A stretch of DNA of 29,857 nt from the IMG/VR virus record IMGVR_UViG_3300033067_000050, positions 1-29,857 of that record; one strand, given 5' to 3'. This document shows positions 7,479 through 16,048 of the stretch, piece after piece (the stretch's first letter is position 1; each line of letters opens with the position of its first letter). The DNA comes from a virus. Its lineage: Duplodnaviria; Caudoviricetes. The position numbers were made by a program, and so were the translations under genes. The notes beneath the pieces were generated by a model. It saw nothing but the letters and a program-made list of their open reading frames with translations, was not told where the DNA came from and ran no database searches.

Positions 7479-8384
7479 AAAGTCCAATCCTTTAATATTT
7501 TTTGCTTGTAGTAGGTTTACACCTGCATAAGTAAACCCAATATTGTTAGGCATCATTCTTAATTTAATAGGTGCGTCTATTGAGGTTGGTCTACCACCAG
7601 TTTCTACTTCTTTAACTTTTCTAACGTGTACTTCACTAACCATCCAATCAGTTGGGTGCTGAGTATACCTGTGAATAGTAAATACATCATCTGCTCTATT
7701 ACCCCACTTACCACCACCCTCTACATCTGCCATATTTGGTGGAACTGGTAAACCATTATATTCGTGTTCTTTTTGGTGTACTCTTCTTAAAGCTTCTGTT
7801 ACTGCGTGGGTGTTTAACCAAATAGATATACTATTTTCTTTACAGAATAAACGCATTTCACTAGATACCTGATAATCGTATTCGTGGCTACCTACATTTT
7901 TCATTAATTCCTTATCTTTAGCTAGTGAATTATAAGGATCAATTAACAAACCATCATACTTCCATTCGTTATGTATTTCTTTAGCTTCTTTAAGCAAATC
8001 TTTGTAAGTATATAGTTTATCTACATCAATTATTTTAAAGTGCTGTAATACCCAGCTTAAACCATATTCTATTTCATCATCAGTCATTTGCTGTATAGCT
8101 TTATTTCTAGCAAATTCTAGTATTTTTCTAGCTACTGAAGTTGAAGTATTTTCAGATGAAAAGATTAACCACTTAATATTATGTTTTATTGTATACATAG
8201 CCATTAAGTAAAGTATAACAGTTGTTTTACCTACGTTTGCGTGACCAATAATAACATTAAAGTTAGCAGGTTTAAATCTTATATGTTCGTCAAATTCTGG
8301 TATGTTTATTTTAAGCCCTTCTTTTACTCTTCCGTATTTAACGTCAAGTATGTTTTTTTGTATGTCTATTAAATTTGCTAACAT
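7476..8384 (-). CDS. SF4 (DnaB/T7 gp4-like) replicative helicase, helicase domain only
   Basis: Walker A GHANVGKT, FSSEN, LLIDPYN, RADDVFTIHR. Confidence 0.88.
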   Translation of the reverse strand: MLANLIDIQKNILDVKYGRVKEGLKINIPEFDEHIRFKPANFNVIIGHANVGKTTVILYLMAMYTIKHNIKWLIFSSENTSTSVARKILEFARNKAIQQMTDDEIEYGLSWVLQHFKIIDVDKLYTYKDLLKEAKEIHNEWKYDGLLIDPYNSLAKDKELMKNVGSHEYDYQVSSEMRLFCKENSISIWLNTHAVTEALRRVHQKEHEYNGLPVPPNMADVEGGGKWGNRADDVFTIHRYTQHPTDWMVSEVHVRKVKEVETGGRPTSIDAPIKLRMMPNNIGFTYAGVNLLQAKNIKGLDF

Positions 8385-8399
8385 AGTTTTTGTTTGTTT

Positions 8400-8428
8400 A
8401 AAAAAAGGGTAGCTTTTACACTACCCTT
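8400..8428 (-). terminator. Intrinsic terminator
   Basis: AAGGGTAG-8nt-CTACCCTT followed by a T-run. Confidence 0.8.
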
Positions 8429-8434
8429 GATAAA

Positions 8435-8728
8435 TTAAAATGGTAAATCAGCAACTACTTCTGCAGCATTTACTTTAATATTTCTAACGCTGTTATGATC
8501 TGTATTAGTAACTACTTTATCAGCTACTTTTACATTCCCATCAGTCCAAACTACTTTTCCGTTACCTACAAAGTTTCTTTGTTCTTTTGCAGCTTGTTGC
8601 TCTTTAGTTTGACTTTCCCAAACAGAAACGTTTTGACCGTATCCGTTAGTTTCATCGTTTAAAGATAGTGTATAGTTTTTATAACTCCCATCTTGTTGTT
8701 TAATTCCAATGTTTAATAATGTACTCAT
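8435..8728 (-). CDS. Putative single-stranded DNA-binding protein
   Basis: Beta-rich, C-terminal ADLPF tip, lies between ERF and helicase. Confidence 0.6.
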   Translation of the reverse strand: MSTLLNIGIKQQDGSYKNYTLSLNDETNGYGQNVSVWESQTKEQQAAKEQRNFVGNGKVVWTDGNVKVADKVVTNTDHNSVRNIKVNAAEVVADLPF

Positions 8729-8758
8729 AATTTTTAATTTTAATTGTTATTTAATTCT

Positions 8759-9337
8759 TTATTTAATTTTTAATAATTCGTCTTTTACTGATTTTGATAA
8801 TTTGTATTTAGATTCTATAGTATTTAACTTACCACCTTTCTTTAAATACTCAATAGCTTGTGTAAATTGTGGTGTGTTTTTATTCAGCCAAGATAACTCT
8901 TTTTCTTTAACTTCTGCAAATGTTTTAATATTTTCTTTTCCGTGTGTATTAGTAGCATCTGCGTCTTGTGTATCATCAATAAGTAATAAGTTACCTAAAG
9001 CGTATTTTTTACCATAACTAGAAGCTGATCCAAAAGCTTGTGGAATCTGCATTCCTTTTTGAGCTAAATCTACTCCTACTATTGCAGTAGCTTCAATTTC
9101 TTGTACTCCATCTATATCGTGTATAGTAGCTATAGTTTTAATAATAGGCAAATCTCCAATGTTACTTAGTGATTCTACAACAGTAAAATAAACACCATAC
9201 TTTTCGTTAAATGGTTTAAGTGCTTCTAATATGTCTTCTGCACTTCTAAAATTGTATTTACCAAATGAATTAAATTTACTCTTATTTGATTTAAACTCTA
9301 CTTGGATTTTGCTTAGTTTTTCGTGTAATAATTTCAT
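8759..9337 (-). CDS. ERF-family single-strand annealing protein
   Basis: YNFRSAEDILEALKP, QAFGSASSYGKKYALGNLLLIDDTQDAD. Confidence 0.92.
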   Translation of the reverse strand: MKLLHEKLSKIQVEFKSNKSKFNSFGKYNFRSAEDILEALKPFNEKYGVYFTVVESLSNIGDLPIIKTIATIHDIDGVQEIEATAIVGVDLAQKGMQIPQAFGSASSYGKKYALGNLLLIDDTQDADATNTHGKENIKTFAEVKEKELSWLNKNTPQFTQAIEYLKKGGKLNTIESKYKLSKSVKDELLKIK

Positions 9338-9513
9338 TACTTTTCTAAATTGTAAATTTGTTGTTTAATAATAGTTTTGTATTCTAAAGGGCAATCATCT
9401 TCACAAAGTTCGAATACATATGTTTTTACTTCGTTAAGGTTTTTTTCTAATTCACAGATTCGCTTTTGTAAAGCTTCTACCTGGAATCTTTGGTAATCGA
9501 TTAAATCTTTCAT
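9337..9513 (-). CDS. Small coiled-coil hypothetical protein, 58 aa (MKDLIDYQRFQVEALQKRICELE...)
   Basis: Translated by hand; follows a promoter leader; TAATG-coupled to ERF. Confidence 0.8.
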   Translation of the reverse strand: MKDLIDYQRFQVEALQKRICELEKNLNEVKTYVFELCEDDCPLEYKTIIKQQIYNLEK

Positions 9514-9523
9514 AGTGTTATTT

Positions 9524-9601
9524 GTTTTTAATTATGAAGCAAATATATAACTATTTTTCTAATACAACACTAACTATTAATACTTTAACATAATTTTAAC
9601 A
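9524..9601 (-). promoter_or_regulatory. Host-sigma promoter with phased TGTTAA boxes
   Basis: TATATTTG at 9547..9540, 4 nt, ATAATTAAAAAC; ttaaca at 9585 and 9596. Confidence 0.8.
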
Positions 9602-9607
9602 TATTGC

Positions 9608-9636
9608 AAAAAAAAAGGGCAGCTGTTACGCTACCC
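9608..9636 (-). terminator. Intrinsic terminator
   Basis: GGGTAGC-GTAACA-GCTGCCC followed by T9. Confidence 0.87.
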
Positions 9637-9663
9637 AATTTCAAACAAAAATTACTATGAAAA

Positions 9664-10041
9664 CTAAGAAATATCTTTTAATTTGTCTTTATAATGTTCT
9701 ATCATATCTTTTATTTCATCTAAACTCCATTTTTTAGTTTGTTTAGTTAGTAAGTATAATTCTTCTGATAGTTCTTTTCCTATTTTTAAGCTAAACTCAA
9801 ATTGTTTTCCCTGCTGCATTACGTTACATCCATAACATTGTGGTGCTACATTTCTTTCATCCCACCTGGTACTCATATACTGCCTACTCATAAAATGCCC
9901 ACAGTGTATCTTTTTAACTTCATAATCACGATCACAAGTAATACATTTGCAATATCCATTAACTGCTTTAGAGTATCTAATATACTTGCTAAATACTGCA
10001 TCTAATTCTTTTACTAGTTGTGATTTTGTTTTAGCTTTCAT
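9664..10041 (-). CDS. ninG: NinG/Rap-like recombination endonuclease
   Basis: LDAVFSKYIR, CITC, HCGHFMSR, TRWDERN..QC..CN. Confidence 0.88.
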   Translation of the reverse strand: MKAKTKSQLVKELDAVFSKYIRYSKAVNGYCKCITCDRDYEVKKIHCGHFMSRQYMSTRWDERNVAPQCYGCNVMQQGKQFEFSLKIGKELSEELYLLTKQTKKWSLDEIKDMIEHYKDKLKDIS

Positions 10042-10053
10042 AGTACAAATGTA
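10041..10053 (-). promoter_or_regulatory. Host-sigma promoter giving a predicted leaderless ninG mRNA
   Basis: TACATTTG-TACT-ATG. Confidence 0.7.
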
Positions 10054-10087
10054 AGCAAATTTGTTTATATTGAAAAAAATATTAAAA

Positions 10088-10139
10088 TAGTTATCTAGTT
10101 TTTGTAACTTTTTTATATATTTGTCGTATAATTAAAAAC
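10088..10139 (+). promoter_or_regulatory. Divergent plus-strand host-sigma promoter
   Basis: TAGTTATCTAGTT, TATATTTG at 10116..10123, 4 nt, then the same ATAATTAAAAAC seen at three minus-strand promoters. Confidence 0.75.
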
Positions 10140-10284
10140 GGATGCGTCCAAGACTTGCAAAACCTAATAAAAATGGAAGTTGCTTGGATCAGGTAAAATT
10201 AGAATTGTTCTTTTTTCTATAGGGGGTTTTTTCTTTCTTTTCTTTTTCTTTTTTACACTTTTTTCTTTTTCTTTTCTTTCTTTT
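10128..10284 (+). ncRNA. Candidate small RNA or primer RNA (alternatively a 26-aa ORF at 10142..10222)
   Basis: Promoter, imperfect hairpin 10147..10188, G5, then a U-rich tract; inference only. Confidence 0.4.
10229..10284. repeat. Perfect homopyrimidine mirror repeat (H-DNA motif)
   Basis: T4CT3CT4CT5CT6-ACAC-T6CT5CT4CT3CT4; 26-nt arms. Confidence 0.95.
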
Positions 10285-10295
10285 ATTATAACAAC

Positions 10296-10748
10296 TTACA
10301 ATAAACTAAAATACTTTCTAAAGCGATACACTAAATAAACTAAAATAATAACTAGTAGTAATAATAGATATTTAAAATAACTTTCTTTTCTTGTAACTTC
10401 TTTAGTTTTAGTTACAGTAATAGTTTTAGTTATATACTTAATTACTTGCTTATATTTAACATTATTTTGTTTAGTATATAAAGTGTTATCTTTTTTCTTT
10501 TCGTGTCTTAAAACAGCATTAAAATAGGTATTACCATTATAAGTAAATGGTTTTAAAGTATCTTTAGCAAATACAGTTAGTAAATCTGTAGTTACATCGT
10601 ATTTAATAGTAACATTACTACTATCAGTTAAAGTAGTAGTAGTTTCTTTTGAAGTTTCTTGTTTAATTTCTGCTTTATTTACAATAGCTTTTCTGCTACC
10701 ACAACTAAATAAAAATAAACTAATAATTAATATATAAAGTTTTACCAT
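10296..10748 (-). CDS. Putative unimolecular spanin (lipoprotein)
   Basis: Signal peptide with lipobox LFSC, Thr-rich middle, C-terminal TM helix; follows the endolysin. Confidence 0.78.
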   Translation of the reverse strand: MVKLYILIISLFLFSCGSRKAIVNKAEIKQETSKETTTTLTDSSNVTIKYDVTTDLLTVFAKDTLKPFTYNGNTYFNAVLRHEKKKDNTLYTKQNNVKYKQVIKYITKTITVTKTKEVTRKESYFKYLLLLLVIILVYLVYRFRKYFSLL

Positions 10749-11172
10749 CTTTTTTTATTGCTTTTAGTATTTGCTTTCTGTTTTTACCTTTATTATAAGA
10801 AACGTGTACCCAGTCAGGGTTTTTATCAGTACCAAACTCCCATATCATTTGGTCAAACTCTAAATGCTTTTTAATATAATCGAATATATCTTTATTAGTA
10901 AAGCCAGGAGTAGCAACTAAATCTAAAGCTTGACCTTTATTGTGCTGTGATGTTTTAGATCCACCTACAGCTTTATTTAGCTTTTCACTTCTATAACCAC
11001 TTGAAATTCTAATTGGTTTACCTATACCATCTCTTAAAGGTTGGAATATATTATTAGCTATTTCAATTAAGTATTTTAAATGCTCATTTGTAGGGCTATT
11101 ATCAATACCTTTAGCTTTTGCAGTATCAGAGTGTATTAATTCTTCTAAAGTTAAATTTTTAGTTATTATCAT
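10720..11172 (-). CDS. Endolysin, peptidase M15A family
   Basis: ISSGYRS..LN..VGG...SQH..GQALD, WVHVS. Confidence 0.93.
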   Translation of the reverse strand: MIITKNLTLEELIHSDTAKAKGIDNSPTNEHLKYLIEIANNIFQPLRDGIGKPIRISSGYRSEKLNKAVGGSKTSQHNKGQALDLVATPGFTNKDIFDYIKKHLEFDQMIWEFGTDKNPDWVHVSYNKGKNRKQILKAIKKDGKTLYINY

Positions 11173-11603
11173 TTTAAACTATCTATATCTGTTTTAACTT
11201 CTTTAGCTCTTGTTATAACTTTTTTAAGTAGTTTCCAAATATCTACATTTAAAGCTTCTTCTATATTTTCTTTAATACTAACCAATTCAATAAACACTAA
11301 AATAATAGCTACTAGTTTAGTAAATAAAAACTGAGTGCTAAAGTGTAAGTTTACTAATTCATTTAAAAGAAATTTGTCTATTATATATAAGCTAATAATA
11401 GATACTTGGTATAATAGCATTTTAGAGATAACATTAGATAAAGTTCTGCTTCGGATAGACTGCAATCCGTTTAACTTTATACTCTTAAAGATACCAGTAA
11501 ATGTATCTAACATTATACCAAACGCTACAGCAATAAGTAACCCCTGTATAGGAGCAAAAAATAATACTAAACCTGTTAATATGTAATTAAGATAGGTTTT
11601 CAA
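11169..11603 (-). CDS. Holin (phage holin family 4-like)
   Basis: Several TM segments, LDTFTGI, IELVSIKENI; directly upstream of the endolysin. Confidence 0.85.
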   Translation of the reverse strand: MKTYLNYILTGLVLFFAPIQGLLIAVAFGIMLDTFTGIFKSIKLNGLQSIRSRTLSNVISKMLLYQVSIISLYIIDKFLLNELVNLHFSTQFLFTKLVAIILVFIELVSIKENIEEALNVDIWKLLKKVITRAKEVKTDIDSLK

Positions 11604-11820
11604 TTCCTAAAGCTTTTATAAATTCATTAATGCTTTCAAAAAACTTATCGTTAATTGAACAACTTAAATCTAAAAATATTAAACCCTCATTAGTACCTGC
11701 TAACATTTGACTATCAGATACTACTTCATAAGCGTTTAAAACACCATCTACTTCAAATGATTCAAAAGTATAATCTACTGAGTTTAGATTAAAACCGTTT
11801 TTTATTGTTTTTATATTCAT
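11587..11820 (-). CDS. Hypothetical protein following the fibre gene
   Basis: 77-aa ORF; position suggests a fibre accessory protein. Confidence 0.6.
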   Translation of the reverse strand: MNIKTIKNGFNLNSVDYTFESFEVDGVLNAYEVVSDSQMLAGTNEGLIFLDLSCSINDKFFESINEFIKALGIENLS

Positions 11821-11822
11821 AA

Positions 11823-12410
<588 letters not shown>

Positions 12411-12415
12411 TTATA

Positions 12416-12631
12416 TTAAATTAATGTTTGATCTGCTGTATATAAATCTGTATCTGCTGTATATAAAGTTGTATCAGCTGTAAAAGCAGAAGCTTCGTTA
12501 GTTTCTAATAAAGTTTCTCCACTTTCGGAAACCTCATAAACAGATCCCCAATCATTATCATTATTAGTAGATCCTTGTCCCCAACCTATAGAGTTATCTA
12601 CACCATCACCCCAATTTATTTCATTTGCCAT
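12416..12631 (-). CDS. Small virion protein with WG repeats and C-terminal TAD heptads
   Basis: WGDG/WGQG/WGSV; FTADTTL-YTADTDL-YTADQTL. Confidence 0.7.
   Translation of the reverse strand: MANEINWGDGVDNSIGWGQGSTNNDNDWGSVYEVSESGETLLETNEASAFTADTTLYTADTDLYTADQTLI
12431..12483. repeat. 21-bp in-frame tandem repeat, about 2.5 copies
   Basis: atctgctgtatataaa at 12431 and 12452; atcagctgta at 12473. Confidence 0.85.
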
Positions 12632-12719
12632 ATTCTATCTTTTTTAAAAATAATTCAAGCTTTTGCTTATTTTCTTCTTTAGGTTTGTAATTACCTACTT
12701 TCTTTCTTTTTTTTTCCAT
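12621..12719 (-). CDS. Small basic peptide, 32 aa (MEKKRKKVGNYKPKEENKQKLELFLKKIEYGK)
   Basis: Translated by hand; TAATG-coupled to the upstream gene and overlaps the next start. Confidence 0.6.
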   Translation of the reverse strand: MEKKRKKVGNYKPKEENKQKLELFLKKIEYGK

Positions 12720-13231
12720 TAAAGTACCCACGATCCATAAAAATTATTAGTATCCGGATTCATATCATCGTTTGAGTTTGAAGTATACTCAGGAAACGCT
12801 GATTGCTGAAAACACATATAATCTATAAATCTTTGAGTATAGTGTTCTGCTATATCCCTCTCTTTTTCTACTAAGAAATCTATTTCGTTTTTCTCTACAT
12901 TAGTAGCATTTTCTGAAGTATGTTTATAAACACCTTTATTAGCTATTGTATAAGCTGCAAAAGGTAAATAATGTACCATACTCCAATGTATTAACATAGG
13001 TTTAATATAAGAGTTTAAAAGCGTTTTATAACTTACAAACTCTGCATCGTTAATATCACCACTAATAATTAAATTTTGAAACTTATTATATAAGTCAGTT
13101 CCTAAATAATTTTGTATAGTAATATCCTGTGCTATCTTTATATATTGTATAAAATCATCTACATCTAAATTACCATTTAGTATAGTAAACTTTTTTACAT
13201 CTTCTGTACTTATTAATAGTGCGTAAGCCAT
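12719..13231 (-). CDS. Putative head-tail adaptor protein
   Basis: Helical 170-aa protein directly after the portal. Confidence 0.6.
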   Translation of the reverse strand: MAYALLISTEDVKKFTILNGNLDVDDFIQYIKIAQDITIQNYLGTDLYNKFQNLIISGDINDAEFVSYKTLLNSYIKPMLIHWSMVHYLPFAAYTIANKGVYKHTSENATNVEKNEIDFLVEKERDIAEHYTQRFIDYMCFQQSAFPEYTSNSNDDMNPDTNNFYGSWVL

Positions 13232-13233
13232 AT

Positions 13234-15024
13234 CTATTTATTATAATTTGGGTGGTGTCCGTGATTTGGCATATCGTAAGGTTTCATCGAAACTTCTGGC
13301 TCGTTTCTTACTCTATATCCGTATTTTTCAGCTTTATTAGTTGAAATAGTTGTAGCATTTGGATTAGTTACATCTATCTTAACATTTTCAAAAGATACAT
13401 AAGTTTGTCTAAGCCATTTGTGTTTACAATTAACTCCACCTTTATAAAGGAATAAATCGTAATTTTCTCCATTATGCCCTTGACCTGGATTAACTTCATT
13501 TGAAGTAGTTTGCTTAATATCTTCTTTTCTGTAAAGTTTATCAGCTGCTAACATTCTTTTGCAAAATGCTCTTTCTCCTGTTAAATCACCACTATATTTA
13601 TAGCGTGTAATAAATCTAATTCCATCAATATTTTCATCTTGGTTAGATTTTGAGTTTGGTCTTGCAGTAATTGTAGAAGCTAAATCTAATATTTTTGAAA
13701 GTAAACTTTTATCTTTTTTACCTTTTTGGTTTAAGAAATCTATTTCAGCATCTAATTCATCTTCTAAATCTTGATCTACTTCGCTTTCGTCAATTAATAT
13801 CCATTCAGCACCTAAGCTTTCACCTTTACTAATTAAACTATCTGCTATATCCACAGAAGTATCTTTATCACTTGAACAACATACTGCAGCCATTTTAACT
13901 CCAGTTTCTTCTTCATTAGTTGTAGCATTATTTGTGTTAACATCGATAAAATCTAGTGGCTGTATTGTTTTAAAATATAAGTTTAAAGATATATCATTTA
14001 CAGCTAAAATAATATCTAACGCATCTATAATTTCTAATTGGTATGGTCTAATAACAATATTATCAAATAACCTAGTAGCAGTTTCTATTTCGTCTGCATT
14101 GTTACCTAAACCACCACCAGTATCTCTAATTCCTAACAGCATAGGTGAAGTAACTCTGTGGCCTACAATTAATTTTTCAAAACATTCAGTAGAAAGATAC
14201 TCATAATGTGCAGGAGCATCGTTTAAAGGAATATCATCTACAGTAGTTTTATTTTCTAATGAAGCGTTAAAAGATACAATTACTTTATCTCCTTTAGCAC
14301 CTGTTAATTTACGTTTAACATCATTAGCAATTTCTTGCCTTTTTTCTTCAGGTGGTATATTGTTATTAAAGTTAATTACTTTAGTACCACTAAATCCATT
14401 CATTACATCGTTAATCAAGTAATCCGACACCTCTTGCTCAAGCAAAGCATATGGTAAAGCCCCCGAATAATCTATTGGCGTATAATAGTGAAAACCTGAT
14501 ACATAAGGTTTAACTACATAAATTTCTACTTCATTACCATTACCAAAACCAAAAGCAGGAATACGTTTTAATACATCTCCATTTCTATATTTGCTCCAAT
14601 CGTGGTGATAGTACCAAGCTTCAATTTCTCCTTTATCGTTACATTTTTCAGCTCTTAAAGTTTGCATAGGAAAATGATCTATTCTAGTAACTTTACCTTT
14701 TCCGTAAACTACCTGCATAGCTGCCATCCCTAATAACTTTCTTTCTAAAGCTACTTTCTTTAAGCAATCTCCTTTTATAATAGACATCATTTGAGCATAC
14801 TGATCTGGCTTTCTATTAGAATCAGTTGCAGCAATACCTTTACCATATATCATATTAACTACACCAGTAATAATAGCGTGGTTAGTATTAGAATACAAAT
14901 ATCTATCAATTAAATACTGAAAGTAATTATTATCAGATCCGTATTGTACGAAATCTTTATTTTTACTTTCCTCTATTATAGGAGAAGTATAAGCACTTAA
15001 ATTTAAAATGTGTATGTTATTCAT
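13234..15024 (-). CDS. Portal protein with a C-terminal MuF-like extension
   Basis: Portal-like core (YG.DN.Y, HRVTSPMLLG, IRPYQ..I); C-terminal R.FC...KGGVNCKHKW. Confidence 0.82.
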   Translation of the reverse strand: MNNIHILNLSAYTSPIIEESKNKDFVQYGSDNNYFQYLIDRYLYSNTNHAIITGVVNMIYGKGIAATDSNRKPDQYAQMMSIIKGDCLKKVALERKLLGMAAMQVVYGKGKVTRIDHFPMQTLRAEKCNDKGEIEAWYYHHDWSKYRNGDVLKRIPAFGFGNGNEVEIYVVKPYVSGFHYYTPIDYSGALPYALLEQEVSDYLINDVMNGFSGTKVINFNNNIPPEEKRQEIANDVKRKLTGAKGDKVIVSFNASLENKTTVDDIPLNDAPAHYEYLSTECFEKLIVGHRVTSPMLLGIRDTGGGLGNNADEIETATRLFDNIVIRPYQLEIIDALDIILAVNDISLNLYFKTIQPLDFIDVNTNNATTNEEETGVKMAAVCCSSDKDTSVDIADSLISKGESLGAEWILIDESEVDQDLEDELDAEIDFLNQKGKKDKSLLSKILDLASTITARPNSKSNQDENIDGIRFITRYKYSGDLTGERAFCKRMLAADKLYRKEDIKQTTSNEVNPGQGHNGENYDLFLYKGGVNCKHKWLRQTYVSFENVKIDVTNPNATTISTNKAEKYGYRVRNEPEVSMKPYDMPNHGHHPNYNK

Positions 15025-15346
15025 AAATTATAAATTCGTTATCTGTAGTATGCTCTACATAAGCATCCTTGTTTATAGTATAATCTGCTATAGTTTGGTT
15101 AGTGCAAAAAGCTAAACCTGTATAAACTACATCATCATTATTTTTAACCTTAATAGTATAGTATTTATTTTGTAAAACATCTAAAGCTACGCTAGTTTGA
15201 ATATAGTATTTAGAAGCAGTAAACGTGCAATCTACTTCAGTTTCTACACTAGTTTCTTCATCAATTAAAACTATAGAAGTAGCAGTAGTACCATTTACAA
15301 TAAATTGTAATGTTTGTACACCTACCTGTTCTTTTAGTATTATCAT
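15017..15346 (-). CDS. Virion structural protein (beta-rich, unassigned)
   Basis: 109-aa ORF between major tail and portal, after a late-type promoter. Confidence 0.6.
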   Translation of the reverse strand: MIILKEQVGVQTLQFIVNGTTATSIVLIDEETSVETEVDCTFTASKYYIQTSVALDVLQNKYYTIKVKNNDDVVYTGLAFCTNQTIADYTINKDAYVEHTTDNEFIIYE

Positions 15347-15348
15347 TG

Positions 15349-15386
15349 TTTTATTTTAAAAATTAAAAAAGTACAAATTTGTTATA
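15349..15386 (-). promoter_or_regulatory. Putative late promoter
   Basis: TAACAAAT-N14-TTTTTAAAATAAAA. Confidence 0.7.
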
Positions 15387-15389
15387 ACT

Positions 15390-15417
15390 AAAAAAGGGCA
15401 GCAAATAGCCACCCTTT
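15390..15417 (-). terminator. Intrinsic terminator
   Basis: GGGTGGC-TATTT-GCTGCCC followed by T6. Confidence 0.8.
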
Positions 15418-15437
15418 AAAAGTAATATAATTAAATA

Positions 15438-15965
15438 TTAAGATCCTGTCACAACTGTAAACCCTGCAGCAGTTAAAGTATCTCCTAAGAAGTTAGCAGG
15501 TACTGGCTCCATTCCTGTAAGCGTTAAAGTATATCCACTTAAATCTCCCATAGCACCACCTGTAACGATAGTACCACCTGTTACATCCATTCCGTGTTTT
15601 AATCCTGCATAAAATAAATTACCATTGTTATCTTCAACAATTACTTGTGGACGACCGTAAGCCATTAATTTTAATTGTTTGTTATCTACAACAGATAATT
15701 TTTTAAATGTTAATTCTAATACTTGCTCATAGAATGTAGTACCATTCTCTCTTGAGCTGTTTACATTTTGTGTAAATGTAGAAGCACCTTTTAAATCGTA
15801 TTTATAAGCTGTTGGTGTACCTGCAACTGAATCAATTACATCGGTATTAGTACCATCGTAAGTATACCCTGTAGCATCACCATAATTTACGAAATAAACA
15901 GCTTTCAATCCACCTACTGAATCTTTACAAGGCTCTATTCTGCCTAATGAAATATCACAAGCCAT
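15438..15965 (-). CDS. Major tail tube protein
   Basis: MACDI..GR..PCKDSVGG...GYTLTLTG.E; highly biased codons; follows the capsid gene. Confidence 0.7.
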   Translation of the reverse strand: MACDISLGRIEPCKDSVGGLKAVYFVNYGDATGYTYDGTNTDVIDSVAGTPTAYKYDLKGASTFTQNVNSSRENGTTFYEQVLELTFKKLSVVDNKQLKLMAYGRPQVIVEDNNGNLFYAGLKHGMDVTGGTIVTGGAMGDLSGYTLTLTGMEPVPANFLGDTLTAAGFTVVTGS

Positions 15966-15994
15966 AATTTATATATTTTTTTAAAGTTATTAAT

Positions 15995-16028
15995 AAAAAA
16001 AAGGTGGTGTTTATTCCACCACCCTTTT
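15995..16028 (-). terminator. Intrinsic terminator after the capsid gene
   Basis: GGGTGGTG-GAATAAA-CACCACCT followed by a T-run. Confidence 0.87.
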
Positions 16029-16048
16029 AAGTTTATATAAGCTAATTA

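Noticed and set aside
10164-10295. Minus-strand Lys-rich frame (KERKEKEKSVKKKKKRKKKPP) over the mirror repeat
   Set aside because: No convincing start codon; the composition follows from the purine tract, and coding would not explain the mirror symmetry
12431-12483. Possible mini-CRISPR array
   Set aside because: 21-bp in-frame coding repeat with no unique spacers
12636-12670. Sixth late-promoter copy (TTATTTTTAAAA)
   Set aside because: Lacks the upstream TAACAA element and lies inside a small ORF
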